Shown: positions 8,871-19,505 of the stretch, piece after piece | Layout: each line of letters starts with the position of its first letter | Position numbering within the stretch: position 1 is the stretch's first letter | NCBI RefSeq assembly: GCF_002435145.1 | Contig: NZ_DJLT01000115.1 | Source of the DNA: Neptuniibacter sp. UBA6509 | GTDB taxonomy: Bacteria > Pseudomonadota > Gammaproteobacteria > Pseudomonadales > Balneatricaceae | Reading direction: 5' to 3' (one strand) | DNA length: 64,000 bases | Position numbers and translations under genes: made by a program | The notes under the pieces: generated by a model | What the model was told of the DNA's origin: nothing | Databases searched by the model: none | The model's input: the letters and a program-made list of their open reading frames with translations, nothing else

Positions 8871-10919
8871 TTAAGTTCTGAACAGCCCAATAACACGTTG
8901 TAGTTCTTTTCCTGCATTATCAAGTTCAGAAATCGCCTGTGCCATATTGTTACTGGAGCTCGATGTTTCGATAGCAATTGTGCTTATGTTTTCAATATTT
9001 CGACTGACGTCTTCACTTACTGATGTCTGCTCTTCCGCTGCTGAGGCAATCTGCACGCTTGCATCAGATATGCTGGAAACAGAGTTAGTGATTGCACTCA
9101 ATGCTTCACCTGCCTGAGACGTCATCTCAACACTGCTTTTCACTTTGTCATTACTTAGCTCCATGCGTTGGACTGCGCTACGAGTATTACCCTGTAGGCG
9201 CTCAATCATTTCACGTATCTCAGTGGTTGATTTGGCCGTTTGTTGGGCAAGGTTACGCACTTCGTCAGCAACAACTGAGAATCCTCTACCCGCTTCGCCA
9301 GCACGTGCGGCTTCAATCGCAGCATTAAGAGCGAGCAAGTTGGTTTGCTCGGCAATATTTTGAATAACATCCATAACAGTACCAATAGAGTTACTGTTTT
9401 GTTCAACCTGTTCGATCATGTTGGTGAGTTCGTTAACTTCACTAGATATGCTCTGGATTGAGTTAACAACTTCTTGAACAAGTTGGTCTCCATTATTAGC
9501 TTCGGCACTGGCGAGTTGAGTCTGTTGAGCTGCTGACGCTGCATTGCTTGCAACTTCTTCAGAGGTTGAAGTCATCTCGGAAATGGCTGAGGCGACCATC
9601 TCTGTTTCTTGCTGCTGTCTATTTAAGTCTGAATTTAAACGATCAACTCCACCTGACACAGTATGTAGATGTGTATTGATTGTGTTCATTGTATTGTTGA
9701 GTTGTTTAGTTACTTTACGTAAACCACCCACGGTTGCTTTAGCGCTTCGGCTTAGTTGATGAATCTCATTATTGGTATCAGCAGAATCACCCATATCTGT
9801 GTTAATTCGCGTTGTTAAATCACCGTCACCTATTGCCTGCATATAACCGCAGATAGTGCTGATAGGTTTTAACTTTATACGTAGTGTAATGAATAGCAGA
9901 CCTATGATGATAATTGCACAAACAATCGACAATATGATCATCTGTAGATGCAATTTATCAGCGGCCTTCGTAAATTCCTCTTCGTAACTGCCGACAACAA
10001 CACCCCAATTCCACTCTGTTGCTTGTGAGAAAGCGAGTAGACGATTTCTTGTGTCACCATTGGCTGATGTGGTTGGAATGTTAATCGTTCCCTTTTGTGC
10101 GGATGTGATCGCATTTAGAATTTGGTCACCATTTTGAATAGCGGTGGTTATATTTTTGCCTTCTTCGCTTGGATGAAGAATTAGGGTGCCTTGGTTTTTA
10201 CCGGGTTTTAGGTCAACAATAAAAGCAAATCCTGTTTCACCGATTGTTAACTCGGAGATGCTTTTCTTTAGTTCGGCCAAACTTGCTGTGTAGTCAAAGC
10301 CAACGTAAAGAATGCCAGCAACTTCGCCTTTAGTATCTTTAAATGGGACGTACTTGGTCATATAGTTGCGGCCAAAAAGCGCAGCGGGTCCACGATACTC
10401 TTCACCATTTATTAATTTTTTGTAACCTGGATGGGATTTACCTAACATCGTACCAAATGCACGTGTTCCGTCAGCTTTACGCAAAGAAGTGCTAATACGC
10501 AAAAAATCATCATCTACACGCATGAAGACAGTCGCCGATCCGCCGGTCATCGCGGTAAACCTGTCCGGTTTTTCAAAATTATTAGTGATCACCTCCCCAT
10601 CATTCATGAGAACAGGCACTTGGAATTTACCAACGGTTACTTCTTCATAGAGTGACGTGGTCATCTCTTCAGTGAACATCTGAACAAAGACATCAGCAAT
10701 TCGGTCTGTTTGTTGCTGCAATGTTGCGTTATAAAAATCAACATTTTTTGATAGTTGTTCTGCATGTTCTACAATGGAATGCTCAACTGTTTCGATAACG
10801 CCATGATTAACTTCATGGTTTACGAAAAGAGCTAATGCTGTGAATACAAACAGTACGATTGTTAATTGTATTGTGACAAGCTGATTGACGATTGATGAAT
10901 TACGAAGAAATGAAGGCAT
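8871..10919 (-). CDS. Methyl-accepting chemotaxis protein with Cache-type periplasmic sensor, HAMP and MCP signal domain
   Basis: Two TM segments, [37 protein letters not shown]; start 10919 or 10928. Confidence 0.92.
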   Translation of the reverse strand: MPSFLRNSSIVNQLVTIQLTIVLFVFTALALFVNHEVNHGVIETVEHSIVEHAEQLSKNVDFYNATLQQQTDRIADVFVQMFTEEMTTSLYEEVTVGKFQVPVLMNDGEVITNNFEKPDRFTAMTGGSATVFMRVDDDFLRISTSLRKADGTRAFGTMLGKSHPGYKKLINGEEYRGPAALFGRNYMTKYVPFKDTKGEVAGILYVGFDYTASLAELKKSISELTIGETGFAFIVDLKPGKNQGTLILHPSEEGKNITTAIQNGDQILNAITSAQKGTINIPTTSANGDTRNRLLAFSQATEWNWGVVVGSYEEEFTKAADKLHLQMIILSIVCAIIIIGLLFITLRIKLKPISTICGYMQAIGDGDLTTRINTDMGDSADTNNEIHQLSRSAKATVGGLRKVTKQLNNTMNTINTHLHTVSGGVDRLNSDLNRQQQETEMVASAISEMTSTSEEVASNAASAAQQTQLASAEANNGDQLVQEVVNSIQSISSEVNELTNMIEQVEQNSNSIGTVMDVIQNIAEQTNLLALNAAIEAARAGEAGRGFSVVADEVRNLAQQTAKSTTEIREMIERLQGNTRSAVQRMELSNDKVKSSVEMTSQAGEALSAITNSVSSISDASVQIASAAEEQTSVSEDVSRNIENISTIAIETSSSSNNMAQAISELDNAGKELQRVIGLFRT

Positions 10920-11303
10920 GCACAACATCCTTAATGAGAATATGGAAACAACAGTAGTTTAGATACACATAACTATAGAAGTAATTTATCTAAATTGACT
11001 AGTCATACATTAATTAAACAATTAACTTATTGTTTTTACAAAGAGTTGCGAGTGTTTTAGGTATAAAGTAGCTATAAACCCCACCTAAAATATGTCTTTT
11101 GAGGTCGTGCTCGATGGAAGTTGCGCCAATTTTTGCCCACCCGTTAAAGAGTTCCTTTATAATCTTTCTAAGCTTTATCCCCGTATGATTGTTGTATAAA
11201 GATAATCTGTACGAATAATAGACAGAGTTGTTGCGTAAATGAGAATAAAGTCTCAGCTACTATGTTCATACAGTTATTCGGTTTTATGGTTGCTGGAGGC
11301 TTA

Positions 11304-11337
11304 TTGCTGTTTGAGGTTAATTGTTGTTTGAGGTTAA
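11304..11337. repeat. 17-bp tandem duplication (one mismatch)
   Basis: TTGCTGTTTGAGGTTAA / TTGTTGTTTGAGGTTAA. Confidence 0.8.
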
Positions 11338-11875
11338 TTTGAGTCCACCTACAAGAGATCGTTTTGGCCTGTTAGAAAATGAGATTGATTGTCATCGATC
11401 TCATGGTGCCAAAATAGTAAATTGTCCTTCATGTGGTTATGAAGCGGCTGTGGAAGAGCCCGGTTTCTCACCAATCTATTTTAGTCACTGTCTATTATGC
11501 AAAACTAAGACTCGGTATGTTCGGATAGAGTGTTCTTGTGGTGCAAAGGGAATCTATGATGGTGCCCGTCATCAAAAATGTACAAGCTGTAAGGAGCCTT
11601 TTTCGTATTCACTCGTTGTAAGTCAAAACGAACCCAAAGTATGTGGAGAGGAACCCCCGGATACTTATGACGAGGCTCAAGCCCACTGCCATATCTGCCG
11701 TAAAGAGCAACATACGGTGTTCGAATTTGATCATCAGTGGCTTTGTTTAAACTGTTTAGAGGAACACCGCTCACCGGGCTGTTGCGAAGAGTGTGAAACC
11801 ATACAGACAGGTGATATCGAAGATTCATTTGAGAGTGGCTGTATGGATTGCTCTGGTCGTATTAGTTGGGACTGA
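11321..11875 (+). pseudogene. Cys-rich multi zinc-ribbon ORF, probably a 5'-truncated remnant
   Basis: Seven CxxC pairs; weak TTG start without RBS that sits inside a frame-shifting 17-bp duplication. Confidence 0.45.
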
Positions 11876-12110
11876 AGCGATAAAGGAATTTCTACGTGCT
11901 CTTTTTGGCTACATTTAAGTAGCTCTTTTTAATACCAAATCGCGTTTTTTTATTACATAAATAGCAGAGCACCTAATTAAACGGAATTTGTTTGTTTTTT
12001 GTACAGTTCTTTCTCGACATTTTGGCTTCAACTCTTTATAGTTCGCGTCCCTTATGTAGGCCGTTTTTTACTTGGTTTATCCTCTCAATTTAGCGCTCAG
12101 GTACACTTCT

Positions 12111-13715
12111 TTGATTTCTACCGCAAACATCACCATGCAATTTGGCTCTACGCCCCTGTTTGAAAACATCTCAGCCAAATTTGGCAACGGTAACCGCTAC
12201 GGTTTAATCGGTGCAAATGGTTGTGGCAAATCGACGTTTATGAAAATTCTAAGCGGTGAATTGGCAGCGACCTCAGGTAATGTATCTATCACACCAGGAT
12301 ATACTGTAGGTACCTTGAGTCAGGATCAGTTTGCATTTGAAGAGTACAGCGTAATTGATGCGGTAATCATGGGAGACACGCGCCTTTGGGAAGTTAAACA
12401 AGAGCGTGATCGTATCTATTCTTTACCTGAAATGTCTGAAGAAGATGGTATGAAGGTTGCTCACCTAGAGGGTGAGTTTGCAGAGATGGATGGATATACC
12501 GCAGAAAGCCGTGCAGGCGAGATTCTGCTATCTGCTGGTATTGCTGAAGAGCTTCATTTTGGTTTAATGAGCCAAGTGGCACCGGGTTGGAAGTTGCGTG
12601 TGCTTCTGGCGCAGGCTTTGTTTGCTAATCCTGATATTTTGCTTTTGGATGAGCCTACCAACAACTTGGACATTCATACCATTACGTGGCTGGAAGATGT
12701 ACTTAACCAGCGTAAATGCACAATGATCATCATCTCTCATGACCGTCATTTCTTAAACTCTGTTTGTACGCACATGGCAGACATCGATTACGGTGAACTG
12801 CGTATCTTCCCCGGTAACTATGAAGACTTTGTTGCCGCATCCACGCTTATTCGTGATCAGTTACATGCTGATAATGCTAAAAAAGCAGCGGAGATAGAAG
12901 ACCTTCAGCAGTTTGTTAACCGTTTCTCAGCAAATGCATCGAAAGCGAAACAAGCGACATCACGTGCTAAGCGCATGGATAAAATCAAACTTGATGAAGT
13001 GAAGCCTTCAAGCCGTGTAGCACCTTATATCGCTCTTAAGCAGCATCAGAAGCTTCACCGTCAGGCGCTAGTGATCGAAGATGTATCTCATGGCTTTGAT
13101 GGCGAAACGCTTTTCAGCGGCGGTAATATGATTTTAGAAGCGGGCGCTAAGCTGGCTGTTATCGGTGAAAACGGTGTCGGTAAAACAACGTTCTTACGCT
13201 GCCTTTTGAACGAACTTAATGTAAATCAAGGTGATGTTAAGTGGGCGGAAAATGCAGAGATTGGTTATTGCCCACAGGACAGTTCTGATGATTTTGATTC
13301 TGATCTTACCTTGTTTGAGTGGATGTCCCAGTGGCGTACACCTAAACATGATGATTTGGCTGTTCGTGGCATGTTGGGCCGTCTTTTATTTACAGCGGAT
13401 GATGCGAATAAGAAAGCCAAGGTTTGTTCAGGTGGTGAGAAGAACCGCTTGTTGTTTGGCAAGTTAATGATGTCTGAAACCAACGTGTTGATTTTGGACG
13501 AGCCAACCAACCATTTGGATATGGAATGTATCGAAGCGTTAAATAATGCTTTGGCTGGCTATGATGGCACCATCATCTTTGTAAGTCATGACCGTGAGTT
13601 TGTGTCCTCTCTTGCTACTCGTATTGTGGAAATTAAAGATGAAAAAGTCATCGATTTCCAAGGCACTTATGATGAGTATATTGCCGACCAAGAGAGGGCT
13701 GCACAGGTTGCTTAA
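12111..13715 (+). CDS. ybiT: ABC-F family ATPase (YbiT-like)
   Basis: [36 protein letters not shown]; [15 protein letters not shown]; second cassette [15 protein letters not shown]; TTG start 12111. Confidence 0.9.
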   Translation: MISTANITMQFGSTPLFENISAKFGNGNRYGLIGANGCGKSTFMKILSGELAATSGNVSITPGYTVGTLSQDQFAFEEYSVIDAVIMGDTRLWEVKQERDRIYSLPEMSEEDGMKVAHLEGEFAEMDGYTAESRAGEILLSAGIAEELHFGLMSQVAPGWKLRVLLAQALFANPDILLLDEPTNNLDIHTITWLEDVLNQRKCTMIIISHDRHFLNSVCTHMADIDYGELRIFPGNYEDFVAASTLIRDQLHADNAKKAAEIEDLQQFVNRFSANASKAKQATSRAKRMDKIKLDEVKPSSRVAPYIALKQHQKLHRQALVIEDVSHGFDGETLFSGGNMILEAGAKLAVIGENGVGKTTFLRCLLNELNVNQGDVKWAENAEIGYCPQDSSDDFDSDLTLFEWMSQWRTPKHDDLAVRGMLGRLLFTADDANKKAKVCSGGEKNRLLFGKLMMSETNVLILDEPTNHLDMECIEALNNALAGYDGTIIFVSHDREFVSSLATRIVEIKDEKVIDFQGTYDEYIADQERAAQVA

Positions 13716-13747
13716 TTGAATTGCATAATTTTGCTGTGTTTTCATAA

Positions 13748-13790
13748 GCCGTAACTTAGCCATAACTTCAGTCATAACTTCAGCCATAAC
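13748..13790. repeat. Approx. 12-bp imperfect tandem repeat (GCCATAACTTCA-like x3.5)
   Basis: GCCGTAACTTA GCCATAACTTCA GTCATAACTTCA GCCATAAC. Confidence 0.7.
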
Positions 13791-13791
13791 G

Positions 13792-13820
13792 AAAGGCCCG
13801 ATATTTATATCGGGCTTTTT
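13792..13820 (+). terminator. Intrinsic terminator after ybiT
   Basis: GCCCGATA-TTTA-TATCGGGC followed by TTTTT. Confidence 0.75.
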
Positions 13821-14152
13821 TGTTATTTTTGCTGTGTCATTTTCAAATCTACTAAGGAATTTATTCCTCTTTAAAAGAGAACTGCTTATTTGTGCCATAG
13901 TTAGTATGTCTAAAGCCTAGGGCTATGTGAGCTGAGAGCTGTATTAAGAGCTGGACTAAGAAAGGCTAAGAATAGGGTCATGAGACAAGGGCCATCAACG
14001 TTATTGAGCCGGTCATGAACGGACCCTTTTTCTAACCTTGTAGCCTAAGAGCGTCATAAGTTAGTTAAGTCGCTGTAGTTAGATTCTCTAGTAATGTGGC
14101 TTAATAGCTAAGACGGGTAAAGCTTACATACGCCTTTAATTTGGAGAGTAAT

Positions 14153-14635
14153 ATGATTAAAAGTATTAATTCACCCCCTAAATTAAATGTTCAAACATGG
14201 ATAAACACTGAAGAAGAGCTTTCACTAGAGAAGCTTAAAGGGAAAGTGGTGGTTATCTATGTATTTCAGATGTTATGCCCGAGTTGTATTTTAAACTCCA
14301 TTCCTCAGGCACGGCGAGTCTCTGCTTTATTTCCAAAGGATGATTTAGCGGTAATTGGGTTGCACAGTGTGTTTGAGCATCATGATGCGATGACAGAGGT
14401 TTCATTAAAAGCATTTTTACATGAGTTCAAAGTTAGCTTTCCCGTCGCTATTGATATGCCGAGTAAGAATAAAGGCGGGCGAATTCCTCAGACTTTAGAT
14501 GCTTATCAATTAGAAGGCACGCCATCTATCATTGTGATAGATCGTCAGGGCAGTTTACGCAAAGTTAAGCTGGGCCATCTAGACGATTTAACGTTAGGTG
14601 CTGAACTCATGTCTCTGATTAGGGAAGAGATATAG
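14153..14635 (+). CDS. TlpA/peroxiredoxin-like redoxin
   Basis: FQMLCPSC CxxC motif, GLHSVFEHH, GTPSIIVIDRQG thioredoxin fold. Confidence 0.8.
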   Translation: MIKSINSPPKLNVQTWINTEEELSLEKLKGKVVVIYVFQMLCPSCILNSIPQARRVSALFPKDDLAVIGLHSVFEHHDAMTEVSLKAFLHEFKVSFPVAIDMPSKNKGGRIPQTLDAYQLEGTPSIIVIDRQGSLRKVKLGHLDDLTLGAELMSLIREEI

Positions 14636-14664
14636 TATACGAGCCCCTTTTACGTTTTGAGTGA

Positions 14665-15012
14665 TCAGTTTAATAATTGATCTTTCATTACGTTGAATTT
14701 TTCAGGCGTCATATCAAGGTCTATAACTGGAAGCGTGTCTGTTACCCGACGCCCTTCTGGTTTAAGTCGTCTGGAATAAACTAGATCTAATTCTGGTGTG
14801 TTTTTTTGAACAGTATTCCTACGGCGGTCTTTCATCACTTTGCGGCGTTCGCGATGTTTATATTGCGCTGTTTGATATTCACAAATCCATTCACCAGCAT
14901 GTAGCAATGTCGGCAAATCTGGGCTGACTTTACCGCTCTCGGGGCAAGCCCAATAATAGATGAATTTATAGTTATCTAAGTCTTTTATTAATTTAAGTGA
15001 ATTTGCAGACAT
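14665..15012 (-). CDS. Hypothetical protein with ERR/DRR and GRRxxD motifs
   Basis: 115-aa ORF with ATG preceded by AGGAATG on the minus strand; no family recognised. Confidence 0.6.
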   Translation of the reverse strand: MSANSLKLIKDLDNYKFIYYWACPESGKVSPDLPTLLHAGEWICEYQTAQYKHRERRKVMKDRRRNTVQKNTPELDLVYSRRLKPEGRRVTDTLPVIDLDMTPEKFNVMKDQLLN

Positions 15013-15306
15013 GATTCACTACATTCCTTGTAGGGCGAATTTATCAATAACAGCTAATATATTGAGTGGGCGTGTGTATTAGACGCAAATGGTACGCTTT
15101 ATTTTACAGTTGAAATATAAGAAATTTTCTTAATTTAGGGGAATTGCATAAGAAGAGTTTTTTATCTAATTGTTGAGCTGAGTGAGGGGTGGGGAATCGC
15201 TAGACTAATAGCATAAAGTAGCGGGTATGTTCACATACAATAATGATGATGCCATCTATAATTAGGTATCTGCACTTAGATTCAATAACAGTAAAAGGCA
15301 ATTGCT

Positions 15307-16140
15307 GTGAAGCTTTTTAATTTGATCTGGTTGGTCGCGATCCTTATTTTTCCGTTGAGTGTAACGGGGAATGAAAAGGTTATTGTGATGGGCTATAAAG
15401 CGATTGCTAAGCCTCCATTAATTGGTGATGCGAGAGATAATTCAGGTTTATATGTTGATCTATTTTCAAAAGCCGCTGAGAAAATAGGTTACCGATTGCA
15501 GACCGTCAGAATTCCTAAAAAAAGGCTTCATAAGGAACTAGCTTTAGGTAATATTGATTTCTACCCGGGCTCCTCCTTTTCCACAGATCGCGCAAAATAT
15601 CTCTATTATTTGCCTAATGGACTGCTAACAAAGGAGGTACTTGTTTCTCTGGACTCAATACCTGAAATCAGTGATATGGAAGAGGCTGAAGGCACGCTCA
15701 TTATCGAGTTAGGAAGTAGTAAATCTGAATGGGATGATATTTACCCTAAAATTTCGCTTACACAAATGAGCAAGTTGTCCATGGAGTCCGTTATAAGGGC
15801 TCTAAAGGTAGGCCGGGGGGATTTCTACATCGCTGATATTGAAATTGTAGATGATTATAAAAGGCGAAACGGTATAAATCGTTTTGCAGATATAGGTATT
15901 CGAATTCATCACAATGCAATTAATCGTGAGTCTATTCCTATGTACATGGGATTTGCGCGTAATTCTTTACTGTTTTCTGAAAGGCCAAATTTAGAATATG
16001 ATCCAGGTGTCCGGGTCAGCATCAGTAATTTTACCTCGATCGTTAATAAGGAAAGTGTCGCTTACCGCTTTTCTGAGGCCTTGTTACAGTTACAAAAACA
16101 GGGTGATACCCAGCGTTTATACGATCTTTATTTCAAGTAA
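15307..16140 (+). CDS. Periplasmic substrate-binding protein (family 3-like)
   Basis: Signal peptide; NSGLYVDLFSKAAEKIGY, IPKKRLHKELALGNID, LKVGRGDFYI typical of amino-acid-type SBPs. Confidence 0.7.
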   Translation: MKLFNLIWLVAILIFPLSVTGNEKVIVMGYKAIAKPPLIGDARDNSGLYVDLFSKAAEKIGYRLQTVRIPKKRLHKELALGNIDFYPGSSFSTDRAKYLYYLPNGLLTKEVLVSLDSIPEISDMEEAEGTLIIELGSSKSEWDDIYPKISLTQMSKLSMESVIRALKVGRGDFYIADIEIVDDYKRRNGINRFADIGIRIHHNAINRESIPMYMGFARNSLLFSERPNLEYDPGVRVSISNFTSIVNKESVAYRFSEALLQLQKQGDTQRLYDLYFK

Positions 16141-16168
16141 GCGGCCTCAAACTGTTATCTTATAATCA

Positions 16169-16288
16169 CTGTCCCATAACGGCTGCCCCATAACTGCTGT
16201 CTCATAATCAGAGCTTTTGATTCTATTCTTTAAATTTAGTGTTTAGATATACGTGTTTAGGTAGAAGTGCCTAGATTTAAGTGTGGAG
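16169..16288. repeat. Two degenerate 14-bp-period intergenic arrays
   Basis: CTGTCCCATAAC/CTGCCCCATAAC/CTGTCTCATAAT at 16169, 16183, 16197; GTGTTTAG/GTGTTTAG/GTGCCTAG/GTGTGGAG at 16239, 16253, 16267, 16281. Confidence 0.6.
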
Positions 16289-16343
16289 CATATTCTTCGG
16301 GTCGATACTCATGTGATAATAGGTCAATTAATTAGGAGTACAC

Positions 16344-16679
16344 ATGGCGAAGAAGCAAAAAGTGTCTGATGAAGTAGTTGCTGAGGCAATGCACGTTGCT
16401 AAAGCTACGCAGCGTCCGGGGCAAACAAAAGAACAAACAAAGTTAATTGCCCAAGGTATTCAAAAAGGGATTGAAGAGTATAAAAAGCGCAATAAAGAGA
16501 AATCCCGCGCATTAGATAAACAGAAGCGTAAGTTACAGCAAGCGCAACGCTCTATTACTGAGACTGATGAGGTAGAAACTGAATCTACTGTCATCTATCG
16601 GCAAAGCAAATTGAGCTGGGGCCTTCTACTGGTCAGTTGGCTGGGTTTTGCCGCGTATGTTGTGACCTTTAATTCTTGA
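16344..16679 (+). CDS. DUF2956-like protein with C-terminal membrane anchor
   Basis: ATQRPGQTKEQTKLIAQGIQKGIEEYKK motif; C-terminal LSWGLLLVSWLGF helix. Confidence 0.75.
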   Translation: MAKKQKVSDEVVAEAMHVAKATQRPGQTKEQTKLIAQGIQKGIEEYKKRNKEKSRALDKQKRKLQQAQRSITETDEVETESTVIYRQSKLSWGLLLVSWLGFAAYVVTFNS

Positions 16680-16772
16680 TCCTGACTTATAGTTGGATTT
16701 AAGGTTTCTGAGAGTTGAGGCCTGCTTAAGCAGGCTTTCTATTTATTTAAAAGCTAGATTTTAACGCTATCC

Positions 16773-17375
16773 TTAAAAACTGTTTTCCTTTAATACTTCC
16801 TCAAGCGGGAGCTGCCCTGCACGTTTATTGGCTGATTTTGCCGCCCGGCCTAAGGTGACTATCATACTGATAACATGGTGTTCAGGTAACTTAATGATCT
16901 TCGCCACCTGCTCATTGTCAAAGCCGATCATCGGGCACGTATCATAGCCAAGTGCTTTGGCGGATAGCATCAGTGTTTGAGCCGCCATGCCGCATGAGCG
17001 CATCGCTTCATCACGCTGTAACTGCTCTTTGCCGTTATAAAAAGATTCCAACATAGGCAGCATCATGGCTTGAACATCTTCTGGGGTATTCGCCCAATAT
17101 CTCTGCGGGTTATCACTCCATGCTTGGGTATCGGCACATAAGATGATTAGTTCAGCGGCCTCGGTAATTTGTGTTTGTCCCCAAGCCGCCTCTTGGATCT
17201 GATCGCGTAGTAGGGGATCGGTTACGCGGACAAAGCGCCAATGCTGAATATTGTATGAGGTCGGAGAAAGTAGAACGGCACTCATAATCTGCTTGAAATC
17301 CGTTTCGCTAACAGGGGATTCTTTATCGTAGTGTTTAACGGCACGACGTTCTTTAATGGCATTAAAAAGTTCCAT
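16773..17375 (-). CDS. Nitroreductase family protein
   Basis: IKERRAVKHY, SPTSYNIQHWRF, AAQTLMLSAKALGYDTCPMIGF. Confidence 0.9.
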   Translation of the reverse strand: MELFNAIKERRAVKHYDKESPVSETDFKQIMSAVLLSPTSYNIQHWRFVRVTDPLLRDQIQEAAWGQTQITEAAELIILCADTQAWSDNPQRYWANTPEDVQAMMLPMLESFYNGKEQLQRDEAMRSCGMAAQTLMLSAKALGYDTCPMIGFDNEQVAKIIKLPEHHVISMIVTLGRAAKSANKRAGQLPLEEVLKENSF

Positions 17376-17502
17376 AACAATCCTTTAAGCTTTATTAGGT
17401 TTGGCGGGCTCATCAAGTAGCCGGCTGAATTGATGCAAGTTGATGAGTCAAAGCTTAATTGGTTTTGAAATGGATGATAATTAGGGTAAATAGAAAGACT
17501 AA

Positions 17503-17519
17503 GTTGAGAAAAAGTAAAC
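17503..17519. promoter_or_regulatory. Putative LysR binding site upstream of the nitroreductase
   Basis: GTTGAGAAAAAGTAAAC (T-N11-A), 15/17 identical to the inverted site at 18455. Confidence 0.55.
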
Positions 17520-17538
17520 AGTAATGTCCAACTGATAT

Positions 17539-18453
17539 TTATTTATCCCAATAGGGTATCTCGGTACCGAAATACTCAATTGCAAAATCTAGAAACGCTC
17601 GGACTTTCGCGGGCATAAATTGGCGTTCAATCAGTACGGCGTTAATCTCCTGACTGGGCATCTCATAATCGCAAAACAACTGGACCATCCGGCCCGCTTT
17701 TATATCAGCGCCAGCGACGAAGGTTGGTAGCCGTGCAATCCCTAATCCTTGTAGTACCGCATCCCTAAGGGCTTCACTGTTATTAACTTGGTAGTTACCT
17801 GTCACAACAACGTTATGAGAGTGGTTCTCTTTAATAAATGTCCACTCCTTAAGGTCATTTGAGTAGCTAAAGGGTAAACAGTTGTGCTGTAGAAGGTCGT
17901 CTAGATGCTCTGGATGACCATTATTCTTTAAATATTCAGGCGAAGCGCATAGAACACTGTTTAAAGGGGCTAAACGGCGAGCAATTAAACTTGAATCAGC
18001 CAGTGTTCCAGAGCGAATTGCAATATCAAAACCACCTTTTACCAGATCTACGACTTTGTCATCCATAACCAAGTCTATGCTGATCTTAGGATAGCGCTTT
18101 AGAAATTCCGGAATCATCGGGGCCATATGCAAACGTCCAAATGACATGGGCGTATTAATACGCAGGCGTCCTTGTGGTTCGCCTTGTAGTTGAGCGACCG
18201 CATCTTCCGCATCTCTTGCTGCGTTATTGGCTCTAGATGCGTGTTCAAAATAATGCTCACCCGCTTCTGTTAAGCTGAGCTTACGGGTGGTTCTATGCAG
18301 TAGCTTTACGCCCAGCTGTTCTTCCAATTGAGTGATCCGTTTACTCACCGCTGATTTAGAAATACCCAAAAATCGAGCAGCGGGCGAAAAGCCTCCACAC
18401 TCAATGACCGCGACAAAAACTGGAATAGCGCCAATGTTATCCATGAGATTCAC
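17539..18453 (-). CDS. LysR family regulator (CrgA/DmlR-like)
   Basis: FSPAARFLGISKSAVSKRITQLEEQLGVKLLHRTTR HTH; PQGRLRINTPMSFG. Confidence 0.92.
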   Translation of the reverse strand: MNLMDNIGAIPVFVAVIECGGFSPAARFLGISKSAVSKRITQLEEQLGVKLLHRTTRKLSLTEAGEHYFEHASRANNAARDAEDAVAQLQGEPQGRLRINTPMSFGRLHMAPMIPEFLKRYPKISIDLVMDDKVVDLVKGGFDIAIRSGTLADSSLIARRLAPLNSVLCASPEYLKNNGHPEHLDDLLQHNCLPFSYSNDLKEWTFIKENHSHNVVVTGNYQVNNSEALRDAVLQGLGIARLPTFVAGADIKAGRMVQLFCDYEMPSQEINAVLIERQFMPAKVRAFLDFAIEYFGTEIPYWDK

Positions 18454-18454
18454 C

Positions 18455-18471
18455 GTTTACTTATACTCAAC
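18455..18471. promoter_or_regulatory. Putative LysR binding site in the lysR/eamA divergent region
   Basis: GTTTACTTATACTCAAC, overlapping the lysR 5' region. Confidence 0.55.
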
Positions 18472-18595
18472 AGTTATTCTCCAAAATAGCGGATTATCGG
18501 TCAACTAGAAACAGGTTAGTCTTCTCACTTAATTTAAGCACTTTTGCTTCCAGGCAAAACTGAGGTTAAAGCACTTAAGCAGAAACCAAAAGTGA

Positions 18596-19501
18596 GTGAG
18601 AGCTATGAAAGTATTAACTAAAACCTATCCTTCGTACCTCGTTCACGGGTTGATGCTGCTGATGGTGACATTCGTGGCAAGTTCTTTTCCTGTGGGGGCA
18701 CTAATAACAACAGCCATGCCGCCTGAGGTAATGATGTTTATACGTTTTTTCATGGCGGCTAGCCTGTTTGCACCTTATGTATTTCTTAAGCATGGGCTAC
18801 ATCTGCCGAGTATCAGTCAGTCAAAAAACTATACGATTCTAAGCATCCCGCTGGTGGTATTTTTCTGGTGTATGTTTGAAGGGTTGCGCTATACCAGTGC
18901 ATTGAATACGGGGGCAATCTATACGGTCATACCGGCTATTACGGCGGTTTATGTGTTTTTTATTAATCGGGAGAAAACCAGTAAACGTCGATCTATTGGA
19001 TTGTTAATCGGCACTTTAGGTGCTGTTTGGATTGTTTTTCGTGGAGATCTGGCGGATCTGTTAACGTTACAGTTTAACTATGGCGATTCACTGTTTTTCC
19101 TCGGTTGTCTGTTTTTAGCGGCTTACAATCCGCTGATTAAGAAGTTCTATGTCGGGGAAGCGATGGAAGTGATGACATTTTGGGTCATCGCAATCGGAAG
19201 TGTTTGGTTACTGCTGTTATCTATACCTTCTTTTAAGTTGGTTACTTGGCAAGAAGTGAGCATTGGTGTGTATTTAAGTGTGCTGTATTTAGCCATATTC
19301 ACTACCGTTGTGACTTTTTTTCTGCTGCAATTCGGGACGTTATCAATCGGTGCTACAAGGGTGGCTGCTTATAGTTTTTTGACTCCGGTATTGGTCGCTA
19401 TTTTGAATATATTTTTAGGTGCTGAGGTTTTTGATTTCAAACTTCTACCCGGTATTTTTCTGATTTTGCTAGCAATGAACCTAGTACAAAAAGAGGGGTA
19501 A
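18596..19501 (+). CDS. DMT/EamA family transporter
   Basis: About 10 TM segments, two EamA repeats, GLRYTSALNTGAI. Confidence 0.85.
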   Translation: MRAMKVLTKTYPSYLVHGLMLLMVTFVASSFPVGALITTAMPPEVMMFIRFFMAASLFAPYVFLKHGLHLPSISQSKNYTILSIPLVVFFWCMFEGLRYTSALNTGAIYTVIPAITAVYVFFINREKTSKRRSIGLLIGTLGAVWIVFRGDLADLLTLQFNYGDSLFFLGCLFLAAYNPLIKKFYVGEAMEVMTFWVIAIGSVWLLLLSIPSFKLVTWQEVSIGVYLSVLYLAIFTTVVTFFLLQFGTLSIGATRVAAYSFLTPVLVAILNIFLGAEVFDFKLLPGIFLILLAMNLVQKEG

Positions 19502-19505
19502 GTGT

